Positions 46,797 through 55,756 of a stretch of 64,000 nt of DNA are shown in pieces; the stretch's first letter is position 1; each line of letters begins with the position of its first letter. Both the position numbers and the translations under genes were made by a program. This stretch comes from a virus. Its lineage: Duplodnaviria; Caudoviricetes. Below the pieces are notes generated by a model. It saw only the letters and a list, made by a program, of their open reading frames with translations. It was not told the origin of the DNA and did no database searches. Location: positions 1,365-65,364 of the IMG/VR virus record IMGVR_UViG_3300005532_000244. One strand, 5' to 3'.

Positions 46797-47983
46797 CCTC
46801 GCTCGAATCCGCTCTTGGCCTGCACGGACGGGCCCGCGTCAGCGTGCGCGAAGAAGACTCGGGGCTGCTCGTCTGCGAGCAGGTCTTCGACAACCTCGAG
46901 ACCCAGTACGCGCTGAACAGCGTTGCGAGTTGGCTGGCTGGCGGAGCCGGCGTCGTCGCCCCGGCGGCTCCCGCCTACCTGGCGTTCGGGATCGGCCCGA
47001 TTAACCTGCTTACCGCCAACCAGGCCGACCTTGAGTCGTCCGTTGCGGGCTGGCAGGCCGCGTCGAACTGCACCGTCGCGCAATCGTCGACGGTCTCCTG
47101 GGACGGCGTCTATAGCCTCGCGATCACCGCGAGCTCGGCGGCGTCGATGACGGCGACCACCTCGCCCGGTCTCGCCGGCGTGCCGGTCACGGCCGGCACC
47201 CAGTATTCGGCAAGCGCCCACGTGCGCGCCGGCGCGACCGCGCGCAGCGCCGGCGTGAACATCGCCTGGTACGACGCCTCCGGGAACCTGCTCTCGACTT
47301 CGCCCGGCACGACCACCACGGACTCGTCGTCGGCTTGGACCCGTGTTGGTGTCATCGCGACAGCGCCGACGAACGCGGCGTTCGCCGCCGTCCAAGTCGC
47401 CGTGACCTCGCCCGCCAACGGCGAAATCCACTACGCCGACGGGATCCAGTTCGCCTACGCCCCCGACGGGCCGATGCCCTGGCAGGCAGGCGGACAGACG
47501 CTTACCCCCTCGGTGAACGACAGCGCGCTCTCGCAGGAGCGCTATCTCACCCGAGCGCAGGCCGACACCGGGTACACCCAGACGAGCCTCGCCGTGCTGC
47601 TGCACACCTATCAGACGACCGATCCGTCAGGGTCGTTCAGCGAGGCCGGGTTGTGGGACAGCGCGACGAAGACGGCGACGCTCGCCGCGCAGGCAAACCC
47701 GGGCGCTACGACGCTGACGCTCGCGGCGAGCGCGCCAGCAGTGTCCGCGGGGACGCAGCTCTTCTTCCCCGCCGTCGGCGAGTACGCGACCGTGGCGACC
47801 GCCGCGGCCGCTGGCGCGACAACTTGGACGCTCACAGACCAGCTGCTGCTCACTCACGCGAACGGGGCGACAGTCAGCGTGATGTCGGGGAACCTGTGGG
47901 CGCACGTCGCGCTCACCGGCGTCTCGAAAACCGGCACCCAGCTCCTTAGTTTGCAGTGGGAGATCGCGGTCGTCGGTTCCTGA
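46793..47983 (+). CDS. Tail/baseplate protein with CBM4/9-like carbohydrate-binding insert
   Basis: NLLTANQADLES...VTAGTQYSASAHVR...IAWYDASG...HYADGIQF. Confidence 0.78.
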   Translation: MTSLESALGLHGRARVSVREEDSGLLVCEQVFDNLETQYALNSVASWLAGGAGVVAPAAPAYLAFGIGPINLLTANQADLESSVAGWQAASNCTVAQSSTVSWDGVYSLAITASSAASMTATTSPGLAGVPVTAGTQYSASAHVRAGATARSAGVNIAWYDASGNLLSTSPGTTTTDSSSAWTRVGVIATAPTNAAFAAVQVAVTSPANGEIHYADGIQFAYAPDGPMPWQAGGQTLTPSVNDSALSQERYLTRAQADTGYTQTSLAVLLHTYQTTDPSGSFSEAGLWDSATKTATLAAQANPGATTLTLAASAPAVSAGTQLFFPAVGEYATVATAAAAGATTWTLTDQLLLTHANGATVSVMSGNLWAHVALTGVSKTGTQLLSLQWEIAVVGS

Positions 47984-47986
47984 GCG

Positions 47987-49066
47987 ATGGGCCTCTACAA
48001 GTCGACAGACCAGAGCGGGCAGCCGCTCAACACGATCTACGCCGAGGACGTCGGCCAGTTCGTCGACCTGCTCGGCGGCCAGCGCGACGGTGGCGCGCTC
48101 TCGCTGCTCGGTCCGCTCGGCGCGCCGGCGGCGCCGACGATCACCAAGCAGTCCGGATCGATCACCGGGACCGGCTACCAGTGGGGGATCTACTGGATCA
48201 CCGGTGTGATGGACGGCACCGGCGGTGCGCATGTCACCGGCCGCACGCTCGCCGGCACGCTGTCGGCGGCGACGTCGCTGAGCGCGCAGGAGGCGACGGT
48301 CGCGCTCGGCGGGATCACACCGCCGACCGGGGCGATCGGCTGGGGCGTCGTCCGCAACAAGAGCGGCGGCTCCTCGTGGTTCGAGGTGCCGGGGTCGGAG
48401 CAGTTCCTGTCGATCGCGGGGACGATGCCGTCGAGTTTCGTCGACAACGTCGCGGACGCGTCGCTTGTCACCGCGACCCCCGCGGCGAACACGACCGGGA
48501 CCACGCTCTCCGGCGCGATCGGCTGCGCCTACTCGACAACGCTCCCGGGCCTCAACGCGAAGTTCCCGTCGGGCACGCCGCCGGAAGGCGCGCTCGGCAT
48601 GATCGCCACCCCGACCGGCAACCCGATCCCGCTCATCTACGACGCGAACGCCGGCCACTGGTACTCGCCGCCGCTGATGACGACCGGGTTCTCGTTCAGC
48701 AACGGCAACACCGGCGCCGCCGTGGGCGTGGACAGCGAGGGCGCCGGAATGCTCGACTACCGGCCCTGCCGTGACGGCGGCCTCGGCCTTCAGGTCAAAG
48801 GGCTCGCCTACCAGGTCGGCAACTCGACCGGGAACACGACGACCATTCAGCTCGCCGGCTACTTCTTCAACGGCACCACCGTCGGGACCGCCACCTATCT
48901 CGTCCACACGACCGCCGCGACGGCCGTCAACTTCAACGACGACTGGACGACGATCGTCAACCCCGGCAGCGCGAACACCTACGACGCAGTCATCTTCGCC
49001 GCCCAGATCACCGGCACGAACGCAACCGCCGGCCTGACCGCGTACGAGGCGAGATATATCGGATGA
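47987..49066 (+). CDS. Tail fibre/receptor-binding protein
   Basis: Gly/Thr-rich, FN3-like segment, followed by fibre chaperone. Confidence 0.7.
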   Translation: MGLYKSTDQSGQPLNTIYAEDVGQFVDLLGGQRDGGALSLLGPLGAPAAPTITKQSGSITGTGYQWGIYWITGVMDGTGGAHVTGRTLAGTLSAATSLSAQEATVALGGITPPTGAIGWGVVRNKSGGSSWFEVPGSEQFLSIAGTMPSSFVDNVADASLVTATPAANTTGTTLSGAIGCAYSTTLPGLNAKFPSGTPPEGALGMIATPTGNPIPLIYDANAGHWYSPPLMTTGFSFSNGNTGAAVGVDSEGAGMLDYRPCRDGGLGLQVKGLAYQVGNSTGNTTTIQLAGYFFNGTTVGTATYLVHTTAATAVNFNDDWTTIVNPGSANTYDAVIFAAQITGTNATAGLTAYEARYIG

Positions 49067-49566
49067 GTTGGCTGTTCGTTGCGATGACCCGCAACCAGGG
49101 CGACACGGTGGCGGGCGACCCGCCGACGCTCGTCGTCCAAGTCGACGCCGCGGACCAGGCGAGCGCGTTCGCCGCCGCCGAGCAGGCGCAGCCGAACTAC
49201 ACCGCGACAGCGATCGTCGACAGCGGCGAGCCGCCGGCGCCCGGCGATGACAGCGCCTACGAGACGGCGGCCCAGACGGCGGCGACGGCGAAGCTCGAGG
49301 CGACGAATCAGGCGAACCTGCTGCACGAACGGAACCGGTGGCTCGCGCAGACCGACCCGTACATGCTCGCCCCGGCGAACTTCCCGTCCGACATGCCCGC
49401 CGACGTGCAAGCGGCGATCACCGCGAACCTCGCCGCGATCCAGACGTGGCGGCAGCAGCTCCGCGACTGGCCATCAACCGTCACCGACTGGACGCAGCCG
49501 CCGCCGCTCCCGACGCCGCCGTCGATCACGTTGCCGAGCGGCCGGCAGCTGATCATCGTCACCTGA
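49063..49566 (+). CDS. Tail fibre assembly chaperone-like protein
   Basis: ERNRWLAQTD...WRQQLRDWP. Confidence 0.75.
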   Translation: MSWLFVAMTRNQGDTVAGDPPTLVVQVDAADQASAFAAAEQAQPNYTATAIVDSGEPPAPGDDSAYETAAQTAATAKLEATNQANLLHERNRWLAQTDPYMLAPANFPSDMPADVQAAITANLAAIQTWRQQLRDWPSTVTDWTQPPPLPTPPSITLPSGRQLIIVT

Positions 49567-49578
49567 AAGGAACCCCAG

Positions 49579-50397
49579 ATGCAGATCACACGCGGCCGCG
49601 ACATTTCCAACCGCAACGGTGCAGCCGCCGGGCTCGCCGCGATCCACGACCCGAAGACCGGTTGGATCTACGCGAAAGGCACCGAGGGCCTCGGCTTCGT
49701 CGACCCGCTCTACCCGACCTTCTACGACGCCGGCCACTACGTGCGCAAACCCGTCGGCCCGTACGGGTTCCTGCATCCCGACCTCGACGGGGCCGCACAG
49801 GCCAGGTTCCTGCTCGAGCACACCAAGCCGAAGCCGGGCGACCTGAAACCGGTGATCGACAGCGAGACGCTCCACAACGGCGACTGGGAGCAGTGCGCGG
49901 CCACGACGCTCGCTGCGCTGCGCGAACTCGACGCGCACGGCACCGGCGGGATCGGCTATGCGAGCTCAAGCTTCATCCGGCAACTCGCCGCGCACGAGCC
50001 GGCGCTGAAGTCGTTTGGCTGGTGGTATGCCGACTACGCGACGGTGCTGTGGCGGATCCCGGGCGTGCGGGCGCTGCTCTGGCAGAACACCGACCGGCTC
50101 GGCGTCGGCAGGTTCGCGACCGACGGTGACGTGCTGCTCGCGCGCAGCCTCGCCGCGATCGAGATCCCCGCGCACGCGATCGTCCGCCACCCAGCACCAA
50201 AGCCCGCCCCCGCCCCCCAGCCGAAGCCGAAGCCGAAGCCGAAGCCGAAGGCGAAGCCGAAGGCGAAGAAGCCGGCCGTCGCGAAGCGACGCTACTACAC
50301 GCTCAAGCGCAACGTGCCGCTCAAGAAGGGCCAACGGATCGCCTACCAGCCCGGCAAGGGCTACTACGCCCGCACGGCGGCCGCCAAGAAGGCGTAG
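49579..50397 (+). CDS. Endolysin, GH25 muramidase
   Basis: GRDIS, AKGTEG, DSE (DxE), WQ; Pro/Lys linker. Confidence 0.85.
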   Translation: MQITRGRDISNRNGAAAGLAAIHDPKTGWIYAKGTEGLGFVDPLYPTFYDAGHYVRKPVGPYGFLHPDLDGAAQARFLLEHTKPKPGDLKPVIDSETLHNGDWEQCAATTLAALRELDAHGTGGIGYASSSFIRQLAAHEPALKSFGWWYADYATVLWRIPGVRALLWQNTDRLGVGRFATDGDVLLARSLAAIEIPAHAIVRHPAPKPAPAPQPKPKPKPKPKAKPKAKKPAVAKRRYYTLKRNVPLKKGQRIAYQPGKGYYARTAAAKKA

Positions 50398-50526
50398 ACC
50401 GTGGCGCGCCCGACGCGCCGCCGCCCCCACCGCCCGCTCCACCCCTACACGTTCCACCACCTGATCGCGCGACTGCTGCGCGTACGCCGCCGACCCCGCT
50501 AACCCCCGAACCTCCGAGGACGACCG

Positions 50527-50865
50527 ATGGACCCCGAAACGACACTCGAGCAGCGCGTCGCCACACTCGAGAAGAGCACCGCGAAACTCCAGCGCGACCA
50601 CACCGCCACCCGTCGACTCGTCCGCGACCTGACCAAGCGTGTCGACGCGATCCTCCCCGACGTCAAGGTCGCGCTCAAGGCGCAAACAGGCGAGCTGAAG
50701 GTCGCGATCGCGGAGTCCGAGACCCGCAACGCCGACCGGATCACCGACGTCGCCCGCCAGTGGCCCGCGACCGCGGTCGTGATCGCCACGATCGCCGGCG
50801 GCGCCGTCGCGGCCGCGCTCGTCGACCTGCTGCTCGCGGCCGCGCGTCTCCCGCACCTCTCCTGA
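50527..50865 (+). CDS. Coiled-coil protein with C-terminal TM helix (lysis cassette)
   Basis: GAGGA RBS; heptads plus hydrophobic tail. Confidence 0.65.
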   Translation: MDPETTLEQRVATLEKSTAKLQRDHTATRRLVRDLTKRVDAILPDVKVALKAQTGELKVAIAESETRNADRITDVARQWPATAVVIATIAGGAVAAALVDLLLAAARLPHLS

Positions 50866-51257
50866 TGCGCCGCGTCGTCAACGCGGCGATCGAGCGGTTC
50901 AACGACTGGCTCGCCTCTGAACGCGGCTTCGTCCAGGCCGTCGTCGTCTCGGTCGCCTGGAACGTCGCCGTCTTCGTCGGCGTCGACCCGCACGGGTTCG
51001 TCTATCTGTTCGTCGCGACCGAGCTCGGGATCATCACCCAGTTCACGCTCGCGATCATCGGCCGCCGCTCCGGCGCGAAAGTCGACCAGGCGCTCGCAAC
51101 GATCGACCAGGTCGTCGACGACCTCTACACCACCGCGCAGGCCACGCTCCGGCTCGCCCAGAACGAGGCCGGGATCCAGGCCGCGCTCGCCGCGCAGTCG
51201 GAGACGATCGCCGCCGCCGTGACCGAGCTCCAAAACCACCTCACCAAGGAGACCTGA
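50865..51257 (+). CDS. Membrane protein (DUF1003-like/holin-like)
   Basis: Two TM segments with DPHGF, then coiled coil. Confidence 0.6.
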   Translation: MRRVVNAAIERFNDWLASERGFVQAVVVSVAWNVAVFVGVDPHGFVYLFVATELGIITQFTLAIIGRRSGAKVDQALATIDQVVDDLYTTAQATLRLAQNEAGIQAALAAQSETIAAAVTELQNHLTKET

Positions 51258-51607
51258 TGATCAGTCGCATCCGCCGCTTCCTCGCGGCCACTCCGTACAT
51301 CAAGATCGGGGAGCACCTCGCGGTCGCGTTCGTCTCGGCGTTCGGTCTCGCCGCGGTCGCGACGCTCGAGCACGCCGCCGGCAGCCACGGCTTCCAGCTC
51401 TCCTGGTCGTTCGCCGCCGGTGTCGCCTCCGCCGCAGCGGCAGCCGGCTACCAGAAGGTCCGGCCGCAGCTGCTGCGGCTGCTCGGCAAGGAAGCGACAC
51501 GGCTGCTCAGCGTCCCGCCGGGAGCTACGGTCACCGTCCTCCACGGAACGGCCGCGAACGCGACCGTCACAATCACGACGGCTGGCAGCCAGGCCTCGAA
51601 GCCCTGA
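51257..51607 (+). CDS. Holin-like membrane protein
   Basis: Two TM helices; lysis cassette. Confidence 0.6.
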   Translation: MISRIRRFLAATPYIKIGEHLAVAFVSAFGLAAVATLEHAAGSHGFQLSWSFAAGVASAAAAAGYQKVRPQLLRLLGKEATRLLSVPPGATVTVLHGTAANATVTITTAGSQASKP

Positions 51608-51618
51608 ACCAATAGGCC

Positions 51619-51822
51619 ATGGAGCGTCTCGGCGAGGACATCGCGCCCGAGTGGGACGAGCAGGACCGCGTCGAGGGCTGGCGGCTGCACGTGCTGATCG
51701 AAGCCGGCTACCCAATCGATCTCGCCGAACGGATCGCCGCAAGCAGCGCCGACCTCCACCGCGCGGTCGAGCTCCTCGAGAACGGCTGCCCGCCCGCACT
51801 CGCCGCCGAGATCCTTCTCTGA
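51619..51822 (+). CDS. Small helical hypothetical protein
   Basis: WRLHVLIEAGY...DLHRAVELLENGCPPALAAEILL. Confidence 0.65.
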   Translation: MERLGEDIAPEWDEQDRVEGWRLHVLIEAGYPIDLAERIAASSADLHRAVELLENGCPPALAAEILL

Positions 51823-51830
51823 TCGGAGCA

Positions 51831-52394
51831 ATGGTGAGCATCAACCTCGACGCGCTCGACCAGTTCCGCAAGCACCCCGCCCCGTCGGGCACCGACTACC
51901 CCGCCGGGGTCGTGCGTCTCTTCTCCCCCGACGACAACATCCACGCCGCGATGGTCTACGTCGTCGAGCACACACAGGTCTCGCTCGGATCAGCGATGTA
52001 CGGCTGGGACGACGACGAGATCCAGCAGCTCTTCCAGAAGGTCTGGCTCGACGAACGGCTGCCGGTTGTGCTCGCGCTCGACTCCTCGCAGGCCGGCGGC
52101 GTCCATGAGCGGACTCTGCTCGCGCAACTCGAGGCGAAACTGCCGGCGGGGACGCTCGGCAACGAGCTCGTGATCGGACGGTCGCGGAAGCACGCGATCT
52201 CGCATCTGAAGTTGATCCGTTCCGACGACATCACGATCGGCGGGTCGACGAACCTCTCCGCGTCCGGTGAGGGCGCGCAGAACAACGAGGCGATCTTCAT
52301 CCGTTCGGCGTCGTACGCGCTCGAGACGCAGGCGAAGATCGACTTGACGGTCGCCGAGATGCGGGCTCAGATGAGCGCCGCGTCGGCGGCGTAG
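51831..52394 (+). CDS. Single-domain phospholipase D/Nuc-family enzyme
   Basis: FSP..AMYG, HLKLIRSD (HxKxxxxD), GSTN, QNNE. Confidence 0.82.
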   Translation: MVSINLDALDQFRKHPAPSGTDYPAGVVRLFSPDDNIHAAMVYVVEHTQVSLGSAMYGWDDDEIQQLFQKVWLDERLPVVLALDSSQAGGVHERTLLAQLEAKLPAGTLGNELVIGRSRKHAISHLKLIRSDDITIGGSTNLSASGEGAQNNEAIFIRSASYALETQAKIDLTVAEMRAQMSAASAA

Positions 52395-52432
52395 GGCGCC
52401 CTCGCCGCTCTGTGGTCGCGGCGGGGGCGTCC
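52394..52432. terminator. Hairpin between convergent late and replication operons
   Basis: GGGCGCCCTCGCCGC-N9-GCGGCGGGGGCGTCC. Confidence 0.65.
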
Positions 52433-52434
52433 GG

Positions 52435-52725
52435 TCACGCGCGGTCCCGTGTAGCGTCGCCGAACGCCGCCTGCAACGCCTCCAGAACCCGCTCCGCCTG
52501 CTCGTCACCGTTCAGCATCCGCACCACCAGCTTGTGCAGGTTCAGCAGCGACTCCCGATAGTGCGCCGGCTGCAACCCCGGCGGCAGAACCGGCAGCCCC
52601 ATCAGCCGGGCGACGTTCTCGAGCTGCTCGAGCGTCGGCTCCTCGACCGCGACGATGGGCTCGCGGAGCTCGCCCGGCCGGCGGTGCGGCACCTGCACAA
52701 ACCCCTTCCGCGGCTGCGTCGTCAC
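52435..52725 (-). CDS. Hypothetical protein
   Basis: Last gene of leftward operon; GTGA coupling. Confidence 0.65.
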   Translation of the reverse strand: MTTQPRKGFVQVPHRRPGELREPIVAVEEPTLEQLENVARLMGLPVLPPGLQPAHYRESLLNLHKLVVRMLNGDEQAERVLEALQAAFGDATRDRA

Positions 52726-53516
52726 GCCGCCGCGCTCCCCCGCTCCGCGATCACTTCGCGCACCGTCGCCACCAGGTACTTCGCCTCGTTCGCGATCGGC
52801 CCCAGATGCGTCTTGCGGCGGCGCGCCTCGACCCGCTCGAGCGCGGCAGCGAGCACCGCTTCGGGCTGGCCGCGCAACACCGACCCCAGCACGATCGGCG
52901 TCTTAGGGTCGGCGCCGCGAAGGTCAGCCGCAATCTGTCGCAGCCGTTCAAGATCCGGGCCGTAGTCAGCGGTCCTGAGAAGATTTTTCGACTCGTCAGC
53001 GCCGACCGAGTGATCAGAACCGCTGATGGTGGACAAAGGCTTAAACCCAGGGTCTGACGCGCGCGCGGAAGAGGGGTGTGTGTCTGTCACACCCGTGTCA
53101 CGCGTGACGTGCGTGTGACATTCCGGCGAGCGTCGCTTCCGCTGCCTCTGCGCGTTGCGGACGCGACGCATCTGGCGGCTGAGCGTCGTCTCCTGGTAGT
53201 CGCCGTAGTCGTGGATCTGGAAACCGCCGGGGACCTCGTGGAAGAGGCCTGAGCGCACGAGGCGCCGGGCGAGCGCGTCGTGTGATGCCGGCACGTACAG
53301 GCCGGTGAGGGCGCCGTCGTCGAGGCCGAGACCGTCGACGCCGCCGAGTTCGCCGAGAAGGTGGCCGGCGAGGAAGCCGTCGTTTTCTTCTCGGTGGCTG
53401 TGCGCGACGCCGCAGACGAGCATGCCGATCTCCGCGAACGTAAGTCCGGCGAACTTCCGGGTTCGGAAGAAGTCGTGCTTGAAGACGATCTCGTCTGCTT
53501 TGAGGTGTCGTGACAT
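52722..53516 (-). CDS. Phage replication initiator protein
   Basis: LVRSGLFHEVPGGFQIHDYGDYQ...RNAQRQRKRR followed by a repeat linker. Confidence 0.78.
   Translation of the reverse strand: MSRHLKADEIVFKHDFFRTRKFAGLTFAEIGMLVCGVAHSHREENDGFLAGHLLGELGGVDGLGLDDGALTGLYVPASHDALARRLVRSGLFHEVPGGFQIHDYGDYQETTLSRQMRRVRNAQRQRKRRSPECHTHVTRDTGVTDTHPSSARASDPGFKPLSTISGSDHSVGADESKNLLRTADYGPDLERLRQIAADLRGADPKTPIVLGSVLRGQPEAVLAAALERVEARRRKTHLGPIANEAKYLVATVREVIAERGSAAA
53085..53120. other. Putative replication origin (TGTCAC/GTGACA repeats inside rep)
   Basis: TGTCACAC...GTGTGACA inverted pair enclosing palindrome GTCACGCGTGAC. Confidence 0.55.
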
Positions 53517-53596
53517 GTGGTGTTCCGGTCGGAGGAATGTGGGCCGGGGCGGCTAGGCCGCGGCCGCGGGCGGGGGCCGCGCATGCGTCTCGCGCA

Positions 53597-54031
53597 TCAG
53601 AACGCCATCCCCTCACGCTCGTGCTCGAGCTCGACGTCCGCCTCGTCGAATCCCGTGCATGCGCAGCCCTCGATCAGACAGCCCTCGGCCATGTCGTCGC
53701 GGTCCGCGTGCGCGGCGGAGACGTGACCGCAGACGCACTCTCTGAGCCCGTACGGCGTCTCTTGCCGTGGTGCCGGGAGCGCGAGCTGCCGCGCCGGTGT
53801 GTCCCACGTTCGCTCGGCGACCTTGCGCGCGACCTCTTCGGTGCAGGGCGTGAGCGCGTACACCGACGCCGGCGAATAGAACTGTGTCGCTTCCTGGCCG
53901 TGTTCGCTGGCGATGAGGTCGATGCGCAGGAACGCGCCGCCAGCGAGCGTCGCTTCTCTGACGTATCCGGCCAGGCGGCGATGCCCCATCAGCTCAAGCA
54001 CCGCGAAGCCCTCGAACGTCGCGTCGCTCAC
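53597..54031 (-). CDS. Conserved phage hypothetical protein
   Basis: FAVLELMGHRRLAG...FYSPASVYALTPCTEE; C-terminal Cys cluster. Confidence 0.75.
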   Translation of the reverse strand: MSDATFEGFAVLELMGHRRLAGYVREATLAGGAFLRIDLIASEHGQEATQFYSPASVYALTPCTEEVARKVAERTWDTPARQLALPAPRQETPYGLRECVCGHVSAAHADRDDMAEGCLIEGCACTGFDEADVELEHEREGMAF

Positions 54032-54438
54032 TCGTCGGCCCCGTCCGGGTCGTCGTCGAGGGGCCGCTGCTTGCGCTCCGGCTCGGTCAGCGGCGGCACC
54101 GCGACGCTGACGTCGGTGACCTTCAACGCCTTCGTCTGCACGATCGCGTCGACGTCGCCCTCCGAGTCGCGCCGGTGGACGTTCTGCGGGCCCGCGCAGA
54201 ACACCGTGACCTTCAGGTCGCGGTACGAGCCGGCCTTGAGGGCGTTGTAGAACGCGACGTCGCGGGCGTCGCCGCGGTCGAGCTCGACGCCACCCGAGAA
54301 CGAGATCTTGATCACGTTCGGGTCGGACTCGTCGAGGATCACCTTCGCGCGGGGGACTTCGAAGAGCTTGCCCTTCTCGGCGTCCTCGCCTTTGCTCGTC
54401 CCGTCGACGAGCGGTGTTTCAACTGCTGCAGCGCTCAT
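54028..54438 (-). CDS. Hypothetical protein
   Basis: GAGGAG RBS, coupled. Confidence 0.7.
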   Translation of the reverse strand: MSAAAVETPLVDGTSKGEDAEKGKLFEVPRAKVILDESDPNVIKISFSGGVELDRGDARDVAFYNALKAGSYRDLKVTVFCAGPQNVHRRDSEGDVDAIVQTKALKVTDVSVAVPPLTEPERKQRPLDDDPDGADE

Positions 54439-55004
54439 GCTGCTCCTCTCTCGAGCGCCTCGAGTGGGAGCTGCGCGGTCGTGGCGCTCTCGACGCCGCG
54501 CAGCTCGCGATGCTTGCCCTCCACCGTGTCCTGAGCGATCGGGACGACGCGCACTTCGCAGCGCGCCGGCTCCCCGTACACCTTCTGCGCGATCTGCGTC
54601 GCGACCTGACTGTCATCCCGCCAGACGACACCGGTCAGAGAATCTTCGATCAGCCGCAGGAGTTTCGTCGTGTCCGGCTTGACTGTGTGGAAGCGCGGCG
54701 CGGCTGGCTTGAGGATCCCCGCTCGCTTGCCAGTACCAAAATGTGACTTGGGGCGCGGCATCCAGAAGGTCACCTCGAGCAGGAGCGGCCCCTCGAGCGG
54801 CGGCAGGTAGCCGTGTGTGCCGATCGGGGTCTCGTCGTGGCAGGTCATGGCCTGAACGGCTGCGTCGCGGACGAGCGCCTTCCAAGGGCGAGCCTTGTCG
54901 CTTGCGTCGGTGATGATGACGCGGCCGGTGTTGCGGTTCACGAAGCCGCGCTTGCTGCCGCCGGCGACCGGTGTGCCATGCACGGTGAAGCTGACCGGGT
55001 TCAC
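54435..55004 (-). CDS. rusA: RusA-family Holliday junction resolvase
   Basis: KPDTTKLLRLIEDSLTGVVWRDDSQV. Confidence 0.9.
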   Translation of the reverse strand: MNPVSFTVHGTPVAGGSKRGFVNRNTGRVIITDASDKARPWKALVRDAAVQAMTCHDETPIGTHGYLPPLEGPLLLEVTFWMPRPKSHFGTGKRAGILKPAAPRFHTVKPDTTKLLRLIEDSLTGVVWRDDSQVATQIAQKVYGEPARCEVRVVPIAQDTVEGKHRELRGVESATTAQLPLEALERGAA

Positions 55005-55168
55005 GCGGCCTCGCCTTCGGTGGCGCGGAACCTGCGCTCGAACTCGTGGAAGCAGACGTCGCGCTCGCTGCCGCCGCCGTACCGCTGACGTTGCAGCCCG
55101 CCTTTCGGCTGCGACGTGTGCTTACGCCGCCGACGCGGCCTGTTTCGTCTAGGCAAGGGGCTCCTCTC

Positions 55169-55462
55169 TCATGTGGCGATGCTCCAGCAGTGGCCTGCGG
55201 GGACGGGGATCAGCGAGCCGAGGTAGCGGCCGTCATATGCGTCCATCCACGTCTCGGCGTCGCGGCGCGGGATCCCGGGCTCGCCCCGCTCGGCCGGCCG
55301 GAACCAGCGCACCACGAAGCCCACGTCGTCGTAGACGTCGACCCGTTCGACGGTCACCTCTCGGCCGCCGGGGAGCAGGAGCCGCATCCCCGGCTCGAGC
55401 TCGTCGACCGGGACCGGCTGCGACCGGACGACGTACAAATCCTCGCCGGAGGGACGGGTCAC
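55169..55462 (-). CDS. Hypothetical protein
   Basis: PVDELEPGMRL..VTVERV. Confidence 0.5.
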   Translation of the reverse strand: MTRPSGEDLYVVRSQPVPVDELEPGMRLLLPGGREVTVERVDVYDDVGFVVRWFRPAERGEPGIPRRDAETWMDAYDGRYLGSLIPVPAGHCWSIAT

Positions 55463-55495
55463 CGGCCGGCCCCCGGGTTGTATGGTTCCGGCACG

Positions 55496-55756
55496 GTGAA
55501 GGCCGCGGTCGCATCGCTTGCGGCGGCAGGGCTGCTCACGATCCCCTCGGCGAGCAGCCCCGACACGGCACGCCTGCAACGCGAGATCGACCACCTGCAG
55601 AAGCAGGTAACGACGCTCACGCGCGCCGTCCGCTCCCTGCAGTGCGACAACCTGCAGCTGAGCCTACGGATCGTCGCGCTGACGTCGACGACACCAGCGC
55701 CCCCCGGCGCAGGGCCGCCATCGCTGACGCCAGGCGTGCCGCCGAACTGTCCCTAG
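55496..55756 (+). CDS. Small secreted coiled-coil protein (possible moron)
   Basis: Signal-peptide-like start, heptads; opposite strand to neighbours. Confidence 0.5.
   Translation: MKAAVASLAAAGLLTIPSASSPDTARLQREIDHLQKQVTTLTRAVRSLQCDNLQLSLRIVALTSTTPAPPGAGPPSLTPGVPPNCP

Noticed and set aside
45216-49566. Diversity-generating retroelement acting on tail genes
   Set aside because: No reverse transcriptase ORF, and no template/variable repeat pair with adenine-specific mismatches was noticed
50197-50275. (CCGAAG)n repeat as a regulatory or phase-variable tract
   Set aside because: In-frame Pro-Lys linker of the endolysin, a common feature
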